A stretch of 62,634 nucleotides of DNA, filler included. It is 10 parts of 10 records of this genome, joined end to end, with 100 filler letters (N's around TTAATTAATTAA, not from the genome) between each part and the next. Parts side by side here need not be neighbours in the genome. Positions count along the whole stretch, not along the records: positions 1 to 3,016 come from SRR7504441_14502; positions 3,117 to 7,896 come from SRR7504441_14504; positions 7,997 to 12,854 come from SRR7504441_14505; 7 more parts are not named here. One strand, written 5' to 3'. Every line of letters begins with the position of its first letter. The stretch's first letter is position 1. The notes under the pieces were generated by a model. It worked only from the letters and a program-made list of their open reading frames with translations, was not told where the DNA came from and made no database searches. Positions 1 to 10,847 of the stretch are shown in pieces. The translations under genes and the position numbers were made by a program.

Positions 1-805
1 CTTTTTGGCCTGCTTCTTCTCCTTTTTCAGAGCCTTCTTACTCAGCGGTGCGGCCGCCGGGCCATCCAGCTGAGTCGGCGGGGCCGGCTGCTGGTTGGGC
101 TCTTCTCCCACCCCCTCGATCCCCCTCTCACCTGTGCCCCCTGCTCGCACGCCGTCAGCCAGCGGCCCACCCTCAATAGAGCCGGCGATCTCCTCCCCCA
201 GCGCCCGCTGCATCACCGCCCGCGACGGATTGTTCTCGTCCGCCTCGATCCCGGCTTCCTCCCCAACTTTAAGCGTCGGGGCAAACCCAAGACCTGCACC
301 CCACCCTCGCCCGGCCCACCCGGCCCGGCCCACCCTCCACCCGGTCGGCGTTGTTGTAGAACTCTCGCTGCTCCTCCTCCACTTGGCCCCGGCGGAGCAC
401 CTGCCCCCCGCTGGCGCCCTGGTCCGGGTCCCCGGCCGCCTCTTTGAGCTCGTGGGCTTCCATCTCTATCTGGTGCCGCTCCCGCCGGGGCCGCTTGCCC
501 ATCGCCTCCTCCATAAGAATCTGCTCCTCGCGCTGGATCCGGCGCAGGTCCTCCTTCCGCCGCTCCCGGGCCTCGGCGTCGGTACCCGACTTTTTCTCTC
601 GCGACCACCACTGGAGATCCTTGCCCTTTTGCCACCGGCCGACCGGTGCGTTGAGCGAGTGCCCCAAGTAGTTTTCGCGCTCCTCGTCCACTCGGACCGC
701 GTCCCAGCTGAAGTCGCCCTGGCCCCGGGTCCCGCCCCGCGACACATGGAAGATCCTGCCCCCTCCGGCTCACTGGGCCCCCAGCCCGCGCGCCCACCCA
801 GCCAT
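1..805 (-). CDS. MMtag-domain protein (MMTAG2/C1orf35-like), 3' end runs off the window
   Basis: ATG at 805, then a 42-nt GT-AG intron, giving [53 protein letters not shown] (MMtag signature). Further small introns; Lys-rich tail towards position 1. Confidence 0.85.
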
Positions 806-828
806 GTACGAATCCGTTGCCCCGCGCA

Positions 829-2387
829 ATGAAGAACCAGCAGTGCGCTGTGGAGCGGGCGGAGGCGCAGGTGGCGGCGGGGCTGGGCGAGCTGGTGTGC
901 GAGCTCGGTCCGGGCGAGGCGATTGTCCGGCTCTCTGGGCTGGTGGCCGCTCAGCTCGAGCAGGCGGCTGGTCAGCTAGAGCGCTGGGGCCTTCCTCACC
1001 AGCCGGCTGTTCCTCGTCAAGCCCAAGCCGCCCGCGTGGCCGCGGAGGACGCCGGCCGGGCCGCCAGCACCGAGCGATGGAAGCGGGCGCTCGCGAGCCT
1101 CCCGGCCCGGCCGGCGCCCCCCCCCCCGGAGCGAGTGCGGCGGGCGGGTTCGACGGCAGGGTGCGCTGGCTGACCGCAGGCGTGGCGGCCGCGAGGTCTC
1201 TGGTGGCGTGGGAGCTGGAGCGTGCCAAGCTGCTCGACGCGCAGGCCGAGCGGCTGGCCGACGAGGCGGTCGAGCTGGAGCAGCGGCGTGTCCGTGCGGC
1301 GGAGGAGGCGGGGGTGCTGGCCGGGCAGCTGGCGGCCAAGCTGGACCAGGCTGCCCGCGGGATCCGGAGCAGTGCGGCCGGGGCGGTGCGGCAGGTGGAG
1401 GCGGCGATCGCGGCGCACGCGGCCCGGCAGGCTAGGCTGGCGGAGGCGGGCAGGGAGGCGCGGGCCGGGATCCAGATGAGTGAAGAGCAGCTGGGCACCG
1501 ACCGGGTGGGCCAGCGGGCGGGGCTTGCGGCGGCCCAACGGAAGCTGGCCGAGCTGGAGCGGGAGTACGCGCAGATGGCTCCGCGGCTGGGGCTGCCGCT
1601 GCCGGAGCTGCCAGGCGGAGTGCTGCTGCAAATACTTGGCAAGCTGCCACAGCCAGAGAGGGTGCGGGTGATCAGCAAGCAGTCCGGGACGGCGATGGAG
1701 CTGGCGGCCCAGGAGCACAGCGGGTGGGCCGGCCGGCTCCGGGTGAGCTGGCTGGCGCGCGGAGTGGCCTGGCCTATGGGGATGTACTCGGTGCTTGCGG
1801 ACGGGTCCTCTGGCGTGCTCTGGCCCGGGGCGAGCGGGAGGGCAGGAGCTCGCTGCACCGGGCTAACGGGCAGGGCGTGTTCGACATCGCCAGGAGCGCC
1901 GGGACGATGCGCGGCATGGTGCGGGTGCGGCTGGAGATGAGCCCAAGCGGCCGGTGCAGCGAGCGCTGGAGGGGTGTTGAGTGGGCGGCAGCTGGGGGGC
2001 GCGGGACGGGGTCGGGTTTGTGGCGGGCGGGTATCGGCACCCGGACTTGGCCCAGCCGGGCGGAGCGGCCATGGTTCGAGCTAAGGACGGCCAGCTGATG
2101 ATAGAGGGCAAGTTGGCAGCGGTGTGAAAGGCAATCGGGGCTGGCCAGCCGGGGGGCAGGGCGAGGACGGGCGGTTGGCGGCGGTGGGCTTACTGGCGGC
2201 CGGGGCGGTGCTGGAGCTGGCGCTGGAGCCGGACGGTCTGCTGACGGTGCGGCTGGAGCCGAGAGATGAGCCGGCGCGGGAAGTGGTGGCGTTGTGGGAG
2301 ACGCGGCCGGCCAGCCTGAGGTTGGCGGCATGCCTCGGAGCGGTCGGCAGCGCGGTGACCATACTGCGGCAAGACGGCCCGCAATGA
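829..2387 (+). CDS. Hypothetical protein: Ala/Glu coiled coil, F-box-like segment, C-terminal beta-rich region (multi-exon)
   Basis: MKNQQCAVERAE start; long coiled-coil stretch; LPELPGGVLLQILGKLP resembles an F-box; frame changes coincide with ~40-nt intron-like segments. Confidence 0.5.
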
Positions 2388-2422
2388 TAAGGCGCGCATG
2401 CTGCTCGTAATAGAAGGGTTGG

Positions 2423-2911
2423 TTATAATGAGTCGGCTAAGTGAGATCGGCTAGGGCTCTCATTCGTAGCAGCAGCTGCCACCGCCGGCTGGCCCGGGGC
2501 TGGCAGCCCGCCGGCCGCCCACGGGTGGCACGGGTCGTCGGCGTGCTTGCTAGGCTCAGACATGGGGCCTGCGGCCGGGAGAACCCTCATGCCCCACAGC
2601 AGCCGGTCGGCACCCTCCATGGCCGTGCTGGCAACCGGACAGCAACTGGCCGCCGACAGGTCGAACACCGGCTCCACCGCCCCCGCCGGCACCGCGATAC
2701 CGTCCAGCACCAGCCCGGGCCGCTCCACGAACGCGTTCAGCACCTCCACTCGGACCCCGGCCGCGCCCCCGGCCGGGCCCTTGTGCACAGCCCGCACGAT
2801 CAGCTGGCAACGGCCGTCGGCGTCGATCGGGGCCAGCCCGAGCCGCCCGAGCGACTGGCCGGTGAGCTGGTGCCCTGGGCCTAGACGCGGCGCCGAGCTG
2901 TCAGCGGCCAT
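2423..2911 (-). CDS. Hypothetical protein
   Basis: 162-aa ORF from an ATG, head-to-head with the next gene and ending in an AT-rich spacer; no recognisable family. Confidence 0.4.
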   Translation of the reverse strand: MAADSSAPRLGPGHQLTGQSLGRLGLAPIDADGRCQLIVRAVHKGPAGGAAGVRVEVLNAFVERPGLVLDGIAVPAGAVEPVFDLSAASCCPVASTAMEGADRLLWGMRVLPAAGPMSEPSKHADDPCHPWAAGGLPAPGQPAVAAAATNESPSRSHLADSL

Positions 2912-2948
2912 TATTGCAACGGACTTCGTGCCTCGGTGATTCAGTCAC

Positions 2949-3016
2949 ATGGCCAGCCTGCTCAGTCTGGACGACCACATGGTCTATATCTGCGTCCGCC
3001 GGCTGCCGGTGCACCC
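2949..3016 (+). CDS. Partial N-terminus, possibly F-box-like, cut by contig end
   Basis: MASLLSLDDHMVYICVRRLPVH matches the L-x-x-L-x-D...L pattern of F-box starts; only 22 codons visible. Confidence 0.3.
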
Positions 3017-3116
3017 NNNNNNNNNNNNNNNNNNNNNNNNNNNNNNNNNNNNNNNNNNNNTTAATTAATTAANNNNNNNNNNNNNNNNNNNNNNNNNNNN
3101 NNNNNNNNNNNNNNNN
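3017..3116. other. Artificial contig linker (first of nine)
   Basis: N44-TTAATTAATTAA-N44. Identical copies at 7897-7996, 12855-12954, 19042-19141, 22714-22813, 27053-27152, 32799-32898, 45969-46068 and 49684-49783. Confidence 0.98.
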
Positions 3117-3531
3117 GCCTTCTTTGTACTTACCCAGCGGTGTCCATATGACTGTGAGATTCGCGAGCTCAATGCACCAAGGTCCCATGGGCTTCGGCGC
3201 TCAAGGACAACACCAGCTGGGTACTCGTACTGAGTCCGTATTTCAAAGTCGTAGCTCTACGAGTATATGACATTAATATATGATAGTTCCATAGCGCAGA
3301 TAGCCTTTTAGAAACACGGCTGGACAAAATCAATGACATCATAGTGTCTGTGTTACTACATGTACTGTGTTACTTACCGTACAATGACTAAGTCTTAAGA
3401 TGGGTGTCATTATTATGTCATGAGCTCCGAGGCTCGGGTCATCAGGTCATATCGGATCACAAGACTTTATGTACAAACTTTAGTTCAAATCACTATGGTT
3501 GGTCCTACGCTGTTGCTATTTGTCCATGCTC

Positions 3532-6500
3532 CTAACCCATGTCGCTTTTCCCTGAAGGTCCAGTGAAACGAGGGTTGACCCGACTAGAAGTTGTGGGCAT
3601 GCGTGAGCTCTCTCCTTTGTTGATCCAACTAGCAAAGCGTGCTAATTGGATCATCAGAACTCGGCGCAGAATACCACTCCTCTTGCCTGTGTTGATATCC
3701 ACGTTCTCACATGGTGTCCCCTGAGCCAGCGCTTCTTGCATGATGTGATATGGTGTGGGGAAGTATACCTGTGCATGCTGCAGTCAGACAAATTGTTGTG
3801 GACTGCGAGCTCACCCGTTTTGCATACTTCCATGCATAATCCCGAACCAAGCAGGTTATAGTGCAACAAGCCAGCAGAAGATAAAAGTCCACGGTGCCAA
3901 ACAGATGATAGATTGACATATAGACCTCTGGCATCAGGTGCATCCACAGATTTGACGCAAACAACCAGGCAAACCAGAGCCCGAGTGAGACTGCCAGAGC
4001 AAAGTAGGTGATCCAGTTGAATGAATGCATCTCAAGTGTGAGCTTGCCAGTCACTACTAGGATCACAAGAGTATAGGTGGCCTCGCCCATGTCGAAGATG
4101 TCCATGTCTTTGCCTTGAGGGGAGGTGATGCACCCGTAGAGACTCATGATGAACCACAGGATGAGCAGTGAATGCCAGATCCCCGAGAGCACCCAGGCAA
4201 TCAGCACCATCACATTGAAATAGTAGCCGGCTGGGCCTGATTTGTACAGCTCGGGTCGAGCCAGCAGCACATTTTTGGGTAGGTCCTGGTCGGTCAGAGC
4301 CATAGACATTACCGGTAGGGCTGTGAAGATTACGTTGTAGCCCATGATAGACCACGGCTCGTACATCGACTGGCCAGACCACCTGCACGAGTCCACAATC
4401 AATGCAAGCCCACACAGTCGATTACCCTGCTCTAATGGCATAGAAGTAGAGCGGAAGATTAAACACAATGTTCTTGTAGAAAAAATAGAGCATCAGCTTC
4501 GCAATCCGTCGGTAGGAGTTGTGGCCGTGCCACAGCAGCAGCGGTACCAAGAATCTGAACTGGGCAAATGAATAATCGCTCGAATTGACAGCTGCAAGTC
4601 CCTCGCGACCAGCAATCCCCACACCAACGTGCGCCGCTTGGAGCATTGATACGTCGTTTGCCCCATCCCCGATGGCGAGTGTGACCACATCTACATTGCT
4701 CTGGATAGTTTCGACCATCTCCGCTTTCTGCATGGGCGAGCAACGGCACCCAAGCACTGCATCGGCCTTGAGGGCCACCTGACACCCAGCTCGCAAGTCC
4801 ACCGGAGCTCAGCAGCTCACCTGCACTAATTTTGCCAGTAACGGTTCCCCGTGCACTGGATCAAAGATTACTGCCAGCGCACGGCCCTCGATCACTAAGC
4901 CCCATTGTCGGCGCGGCAGTGCAGTATTATCCTTGGCCTCGGCCGCGGCCATCTGCTGCATTGCCTTGGTCAGCTCCGCATCCAGGTCGGCTGCATGGCC
5001 GCTGGTCAATTCAATTAGCGGGAGCATATTCTCGTTCAGCAGCCTACACGAGAACCCAATATTGATCGCTGTCTCGCTCTTGTCGCCTGCAAACCAGCGA
5101 GAGCTCAGCTCGGCCAGTGACCACTAGCTGGACCGGTCAGCATCCAAGTTCGGATCCCAGCTTCAGACAGTGCCTCGATTGCAGCTGGGACGCCAAACTG
5201 GAGCTTGTCCTCGATTGCAGTCACTCCGATCAGGTCTAGATCAGTCTCCATCTCCTCGTAGAGAGCCTCCAGCTGCTCGGCACGCGCAGCCATCGAGGCC
5301 CGAGCCTGACCTCATCTGAGCAACATCCACACAGCCAGGTCACCTCCTCGTGTTTGGCGCTCCACTCGGCCCAGAAGGAGTCGTCCATCTCTTTGTACGC
5401 AATGCACAGTGTCCTGAACCCCTCAGCGGCGAACTCCTGCAGCTGGCCACACACGTCGTCCACAAAACTGTCCTGCCCAGACCGCAATCGCGGGAAGATA
5501 ACGGTGTCTGCCCCTTTGCAGATCAGGCACACGCTGTCGTCGCTCCGCTGTATCACGACAGACATCCTCTTTCGGTCACTCGAGAAATCAAGAGTGCATA
5601 GCACCTGAAGCAGCACAGCTGAGCTTTGAATGCTGGGGAGAGCACCTTGAACTCCTCGGTGTGCCCTTCGCTGCCCACTTGCAGAGTGGCCAGCTCGTTC
5701 ACCCGCTGAGCAAACACTATCCCCATCGCAGCCGCCGCCTCCACCAGCGCCACGTCGTCCGGCGACGAGCCCTGATACAGGATCTCGCCGGGCTCGCCAT
5801 CCTCCGGCAGCACTGTGTGGCACAGTGCGAGCATTTGAACGAATTTAAACTCTTCTCCTCCGGGCGCCTGCTCCACAGCCTGCCCCCCAGTCCAGCCGCG
5901 CAACCCTCACCCAGCCCACCTCTTTCAGTGCGGCGCACTCGAACGGTCGCTTATCAGGCTGGCCTCCTTGCTCTCTCAGCCCATCGCCAGTGCAGTGGTC
6001 GTCGGTGTAGACCCGCCCAGCAATCGAGCACTTGCGGAACTCCATCTCGTTGCTGGTGAGCGTGCCAGTCTTATCGGAGAAGACGTATCCTACCTGCCCG
6101 AGCTCTTCGCTTAAATTGGTCGTGTGCGCGGTCGCTGGGATGTCCATAACTGGTGAGTACATGTCTATGTCCTGCTCAATCAGCAGCGAGAGGCAGATCT
6201 TCATCACTTCCATCGTCACATAGAGCGAGATCGGGATCAGGTTTGACACCAGGATGAAGAAGCTCAGGAACGCCTCGGCCGCAAACCCGGAGTGCGACTG
6301 CTCGTTCTGAAGGTACCAGGCCGTATTGGAGCCGGTCCCAACATAGCTCGAGTGCCTACGACAGCTCAGCCGGGCAGACAGGCGAAGGGGACCAGATGCC
6401 GGCGGCGGCGCTGGCGAAGACGCACAGCAGCAGCTCGAAGATGAACACGACGATGATCAACGTGTTGGCCACTTTCTCCAGTGAGCTCTGCTTGAACCTG

Positions 6501-7574
6501 ACCTGTCGATCAGAACGGGCAGGCGCGGCGTGCACCGAGTGTTGGTGGAGTTGAGCATGATCTTGGTCTCCTGGCCTGCCTCCCGCCGCTCGGTGCCGGC
6601 CGGGCCCGGCGGCGCACCAGTGTAAACAACGAGCCCTACAACCCACTTAGTGTTCCGCAGTCTGCAGCCTCGCATCGCCAGGTTCTCGAGGTCGAGCGGA
6701 GTGCGGGTCGACCCGACCTGGCACCGGCCCTCGAAAAAGAGCATCGACATCGACGGCGGCGAGCACTCGAGCACCCCGTCCAGCGCACCTGCCCACCAAG
6801 TATGAGCGCCAGGGGTGCTCCGTCTCACACCGAGCTTCGCTGGGTCGTCGGCCAAGTGGATATGGTCTGCATGCGCCCGGCGCATCTTGAGATTGGTCTC
6901 GCCGTCCAGGTTGGAGGTCTCCACGTAGCATTGGCCCTCGCCCAGCGAGGTGGCGAGCAGGACCATGTCTGTTGGGATCTCATGCCGCTCCTCCACTTTG
7001 ATTATGTCACCCACCAGAAGGTCCGACCACTCGCACCGTACGAAGGTTTGCCTGTCGACAGATCGGCCGGCGGCTGCCCGGGCCCGCCCACCGCCGGAGC
7101 ACTTGGACCTCGCGCTGGTTCTGCGCCTGGTCAGCCTGGTGCCGCTTCCAGTCCTCGTAGGCCTGCCCGGGCTCCGGCTGGGCCTGTCGGGTGGGCGGAC
7201 CTCCTTGCCGGCGCTGATCAGGAGCACCACGCAGAGCGTCATGAAGGTGTTGTACTTGCCGGTGGGGGAGGCGTTGGAGAAGATCTGCGCCTGGCTGGCT
7301 GCTGCGGGGGGGCTACGGCACCTGGACTAGGGAGATGAGCAGGAAGTAAAGATTGGCCACGCGCTGGAACTGCTCCCACAGGTTCTTGGGGAAGAAGCTC
7401 AGCAGCGAGTATTTGGTGGTCGACACTTCGTTGCCGCAGAACTCCTCCTCTTCGTTCAGGTCAGGGCTGCAGCGGGGCTGGCCGGCGGCGGGCGCGGCCG
7501 GGGCACCGGTTGAGCCGGATCAGCCGGTCCGGCTCCCGCTCGAGGTACTTCTCGACCAGCGGCGCGTGCTCCAT
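3532..7574 (-). CDS. P4-type ATPase (phospholipid flippase), many small introns
   Basis: NEVSTTKYS...[62 protein letters not shown] and YFFYKN motifs in order across exons. Exact 3' end uncertain. Confidence 0.95.
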
Positions 7575-7996
7575 CCGTTCTAACGACTAAGCGCCCATCA
7601 CCAGGCGCGCCTGCAGCGCCGCACTGCTGGCCAGTGTGGCAGAGATGCGCGATGCCGTTATACGAAGCCTACAGTCGTAGCCGTAGCCGGCTCAGTGCTG
7701 ACCGTTGGGCACGACATGCTGATATCAGCTATCGGTGCACCAGACCGGAGTCGACGACAGAGCCGGACATCCGGGTCGTTCGCAATGCCGCCACACCGGA
7801 GACCGGGCATCGTGGACGACGAGATCGGCACTGGCAAGTCAGACGAGTGCCAAACACCGGCCTCGCTAGGCGAGCATGTAGGCAGAGTCGGCAGCGNNNN
7901 NNNNNNNNNNNNNNNNNNNNNNNNNNNNNNNNNNNNNNNNTTAATTAATTAANNNNNNNNNNNNNNNNNNNNNNNNNNNNNNNNNNNNNNNNNNNN

Positions 7997-8778
7997 TGAC
8001 CAAATGGGACAGTACCACCGGGGGGATGGGCCAAAAGTTCTACCAGGGGACCCCGACGGAGAGCTACTGGAACCAGTGCATCCATCACCGGATGATGAAC
8101 CAAAAGGAGAACGACTTCATGCTCCGAATCCAGGTGCAGCTTCAGGCTGTCCAATCGTGACCCTGTGCTGCTCAGTCCGGCAATCATCCCTCACTAACGA
8201 TACTGGACACCCCTAAGGTGCCAACGCACCGATCGATCGCAACTTCTGAGATCTCCACGCGCCGCTCCGAAGCGACAGGTTCTGTCCCCCTCGTTACGGC
8301 TAGCTGACGGTTGCTAATCATCGCCCGGGCGCAATTGCTTCCAGACTGACGGGGTGGCCAGGACCGAGTAATTTTGATCGAACTATAGACCATTTAAAGG
8401 GGTTCAATGCATCGCTCAAGGACGAATTAGCTGAACTTAAGCATTACGTCGCCCAGACCCAGGCCAGGCTCGGACAGCTCGAAACATACATGGATGGGTC
8501 GCCCAGTTCGCGCTCGAGCAGGACCGGCAGGTGTGACAGCTCTAGGCCTGCCCGGCGCAAGTATAGGGCTTCAGGTCGCGATCGCGAACAACATCTCGAA
8601 CAGCGCGCTCAAATGCAGCTTCTGTGATCTCAGCGGCTCGGCAAGCGATTGCAAAGTCACAGCGTTCCTCACCGCTACCTCCCATGCTGGAGTAGCGTTG
8701 GGCAGGCGCACTAAAGGGGACAAGGGGAAGTGCTTGCTCATTTGACAGCTGGGCTGAGAGTCCAGCCAGGAACTATAA
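7997..8778 (+). CDS. Hypothetical protein, 5'-partial, multi-exon
   Basis: Frame ..GMGQKFYQGTPTESYWNQCIHHRMMNQKENDFMLRIQ| continues across GT-AG introns; ends before an AT-rich spacer. Confidence 0.45.
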
Positions 8779-8927
8779 TAATGTACTGTTCAAATTGAGC
8801 TGCAATGAGAAATAATACGTAGAACATCGCTAATCTTTTTATCATTTTTAATACAAGTTTATTATTATAAGTAATAATAATGGCGCGAGCTTACAGTACT
8901 CATTCATCACACGATAGAACTGGGGAT

Positions 8928-10039
8928 CTAATCGGAAGAGCTATAATCGGGGACTAAGCTAAACTTCTCGTCGGAACCAACCGACAGATTAGGTTTAGGC
9001 AATCCACCAAAGTCGAGCGGCTCGTCGTTCAAGTAGCCTGGGCACTCTTGCGGCACGGCTTGCTGCTCTGGTAGGTTGGGTTCATAGCTAGCTTTGGCTC
9101 TCTTGCTGGCCGGCTCCGTCTGTTGGCTGAGCACGGCCTGTTGGAGCTGCCCCCAGGCTCGCCCCCGGCCAGACTGGCTCGGCTACCTGCGCCAGCTGTT
9201 GGTCGTGCTTACAGCGCTTGGCGGCTGGGTTCGGGTCTTCATCCGCCCATCGGATATTGAGCATGGCACTGCCCCCGAGCGGCTGATCCATCATGGCCTG
9301 CGCCGGCCGATCAGCGGCTCTGCCCAGCGCGTGGGTTGCCTGGAGCGCGAACTCCGCGCTGGCCCGGTGCGCATACTTAACGAACCCGAATCCTTTCTCC
9401 TGGAACAGCTTGACTGACTCCAACTCACCAAACTCGCCAAAGCACAACCGCACCTGCTCCTGCGCCCCGTGCTCGGCTGCAGCAGCCATAAAGCGGGCGC
9501 ACTTGCAGCCCAGGCTGGGCGACCAGCTTGCCTAGATAAAGTGTGCGGCATTCGCACATTAGCGAGCCCACCCCGCCCCTGTCCTCCCGCTGCTCCTCGA
9601 ACCGACTCCGCCCGAAGATGTCGGTCGCCGGCTCGCACCGGGCTGCCAGCCCACTAGTGCGGCCAGCCGGCGGGGGCGGCACCGATGTCTTGCTGGTTGG
9701 GCACACGGTGGTGGAAGCGGCACTGCTGGCCCTGACAGCCGGTCTGTGCGGCCCCGACCGGCCAGCCACCTCCGTGCAGCGGCCCTTGGCGAAGTGGATG
9801 CAGATGAATGCGCTGGGGTCGGCCGCAGTCTGACCGGCATCGGTGGCCAGGCACAGCCGGTGGCGCGAGCTCTGCCTCGGCTCCCTCCTGCGTCCCGGCC
9901 TCTTGTGGTACCATATATTGTAGTCGCCGTCATCCGCCCATCTATCGTCCGCGCTCGGCCCTCGCGGGATGACCGCCTGCGCCCGAGCCGGCCGATCCTC
10001 CCGCTTCTGCGAGAGACGCGCCCGGATTCGCTCAGCCAT
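8928..10039 (-). CDS. CWC2: Pre-mRNA splicing factor Cwc2/RBM22 family (Torus/CCCH zinc finger + RRM)
   Basis: YNIWYHK, DAGQT..AFICIHFAKGRC, DIFGRSRF..REDRGGVGS..CRTLYLG, RRM FGEFGELE..KGFGFVKY..SAEFALQ|AMMDQ, LNIRWADEDPNP. Confidence 0.9.
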
Positions 10040-10170
10040 GTACCGGCCCGACGCTCAGCCTGTGACCTCGGATCCGCACTGGCACCTGGTGCGTAGACTG
10101 CAGGGTCGGGCTGGGTTGCCGTTGGGTTACGATAATTTCGATACGAACTCAAAGGTGCGTACGGTGCGCG

Positions 10171-10709
10171 ATGTCGCCCCAGCGCTTCGCCAAAGATGGC
10201 GCGTCGAGGTCGCGGCAGATCTCGCCGAAGAGAACGGAAGATGCCGAGCCGCTGCCCTTTATCCACGCTGTTCGGGTGGGTTCCAACAAGGAGAATGTTG
10301 ACCCACTGACGGGACTGCCCACCGCGGCCGTCCGCCCCGTCCGCAAAGCCCTGCAGCAGCTGGACAGCGAGCTGAACCAAGGCCGAGCTACGCGACAGCC
10401 GCTGCGCCAAGTCCAGCTGCCGGCTGTCGAGCCGCAGCCAAGCATGATCAAGCAGCCGCTCCAAGACCTACCCGCGGAGCCGATTTTCGGGAAACCGGCT
10501 CGGCCTAGCGCAGTCCCGACTGGCAAGGCCAAATGCCGCGAGTGGGCCCCGAGGGCTGACGGCGAAGCTCTGCGAATCCGTTGAGCCGCCCCGAAGGCAC
10601 TGCTTGAGCGGCTCAATTAGGGAGAGTGGCTCCGCACTGCATCAATGATAGATCGGTCAGGCTCAAGAGGACGGCCCGGATTGAGGCGCTCGACGACGAA
10701 TCCGATTAA
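10171..10709 (+). CDS. Small basic protein with KEN box and RxxL motifs (3' exons uncertain)
   Basis: SNKENVDP, RKALQQL and RQPLRQV in a low-complexity ORF divergent from CWC2. Confidence 0.45.
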
Positions 10710-10847
10710 TCACTACGGTGCTTGTAGACTATTAAATGAGAATCTTCAAATCTTAACAATCCGAGATAATTCGAGTTGACGTTACTCGTACAATACCGTC
10801 GGTGCCAGCACTGGCGGCGGTTCGCTCGTTGCGTGCTAGTCCGTTCT

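Noticed and set aside
3017-3116. TTAATTAATTAA motif repeated nine times
   Set aside because: Always centred in identical N runs; an artificial all-frame-stop contig linker, not a repeat family or CRISPR array.
3127-3134. TACTTACC resembling the U1 snRNA 5' end
   Set aside because: No U1 stem-loop I/II loop sequences or Sm site follow.
7634-7896. ORFs at the end of contig 2
   Set aside because: No frame or family can be chosen with confidence in ~260 nt.
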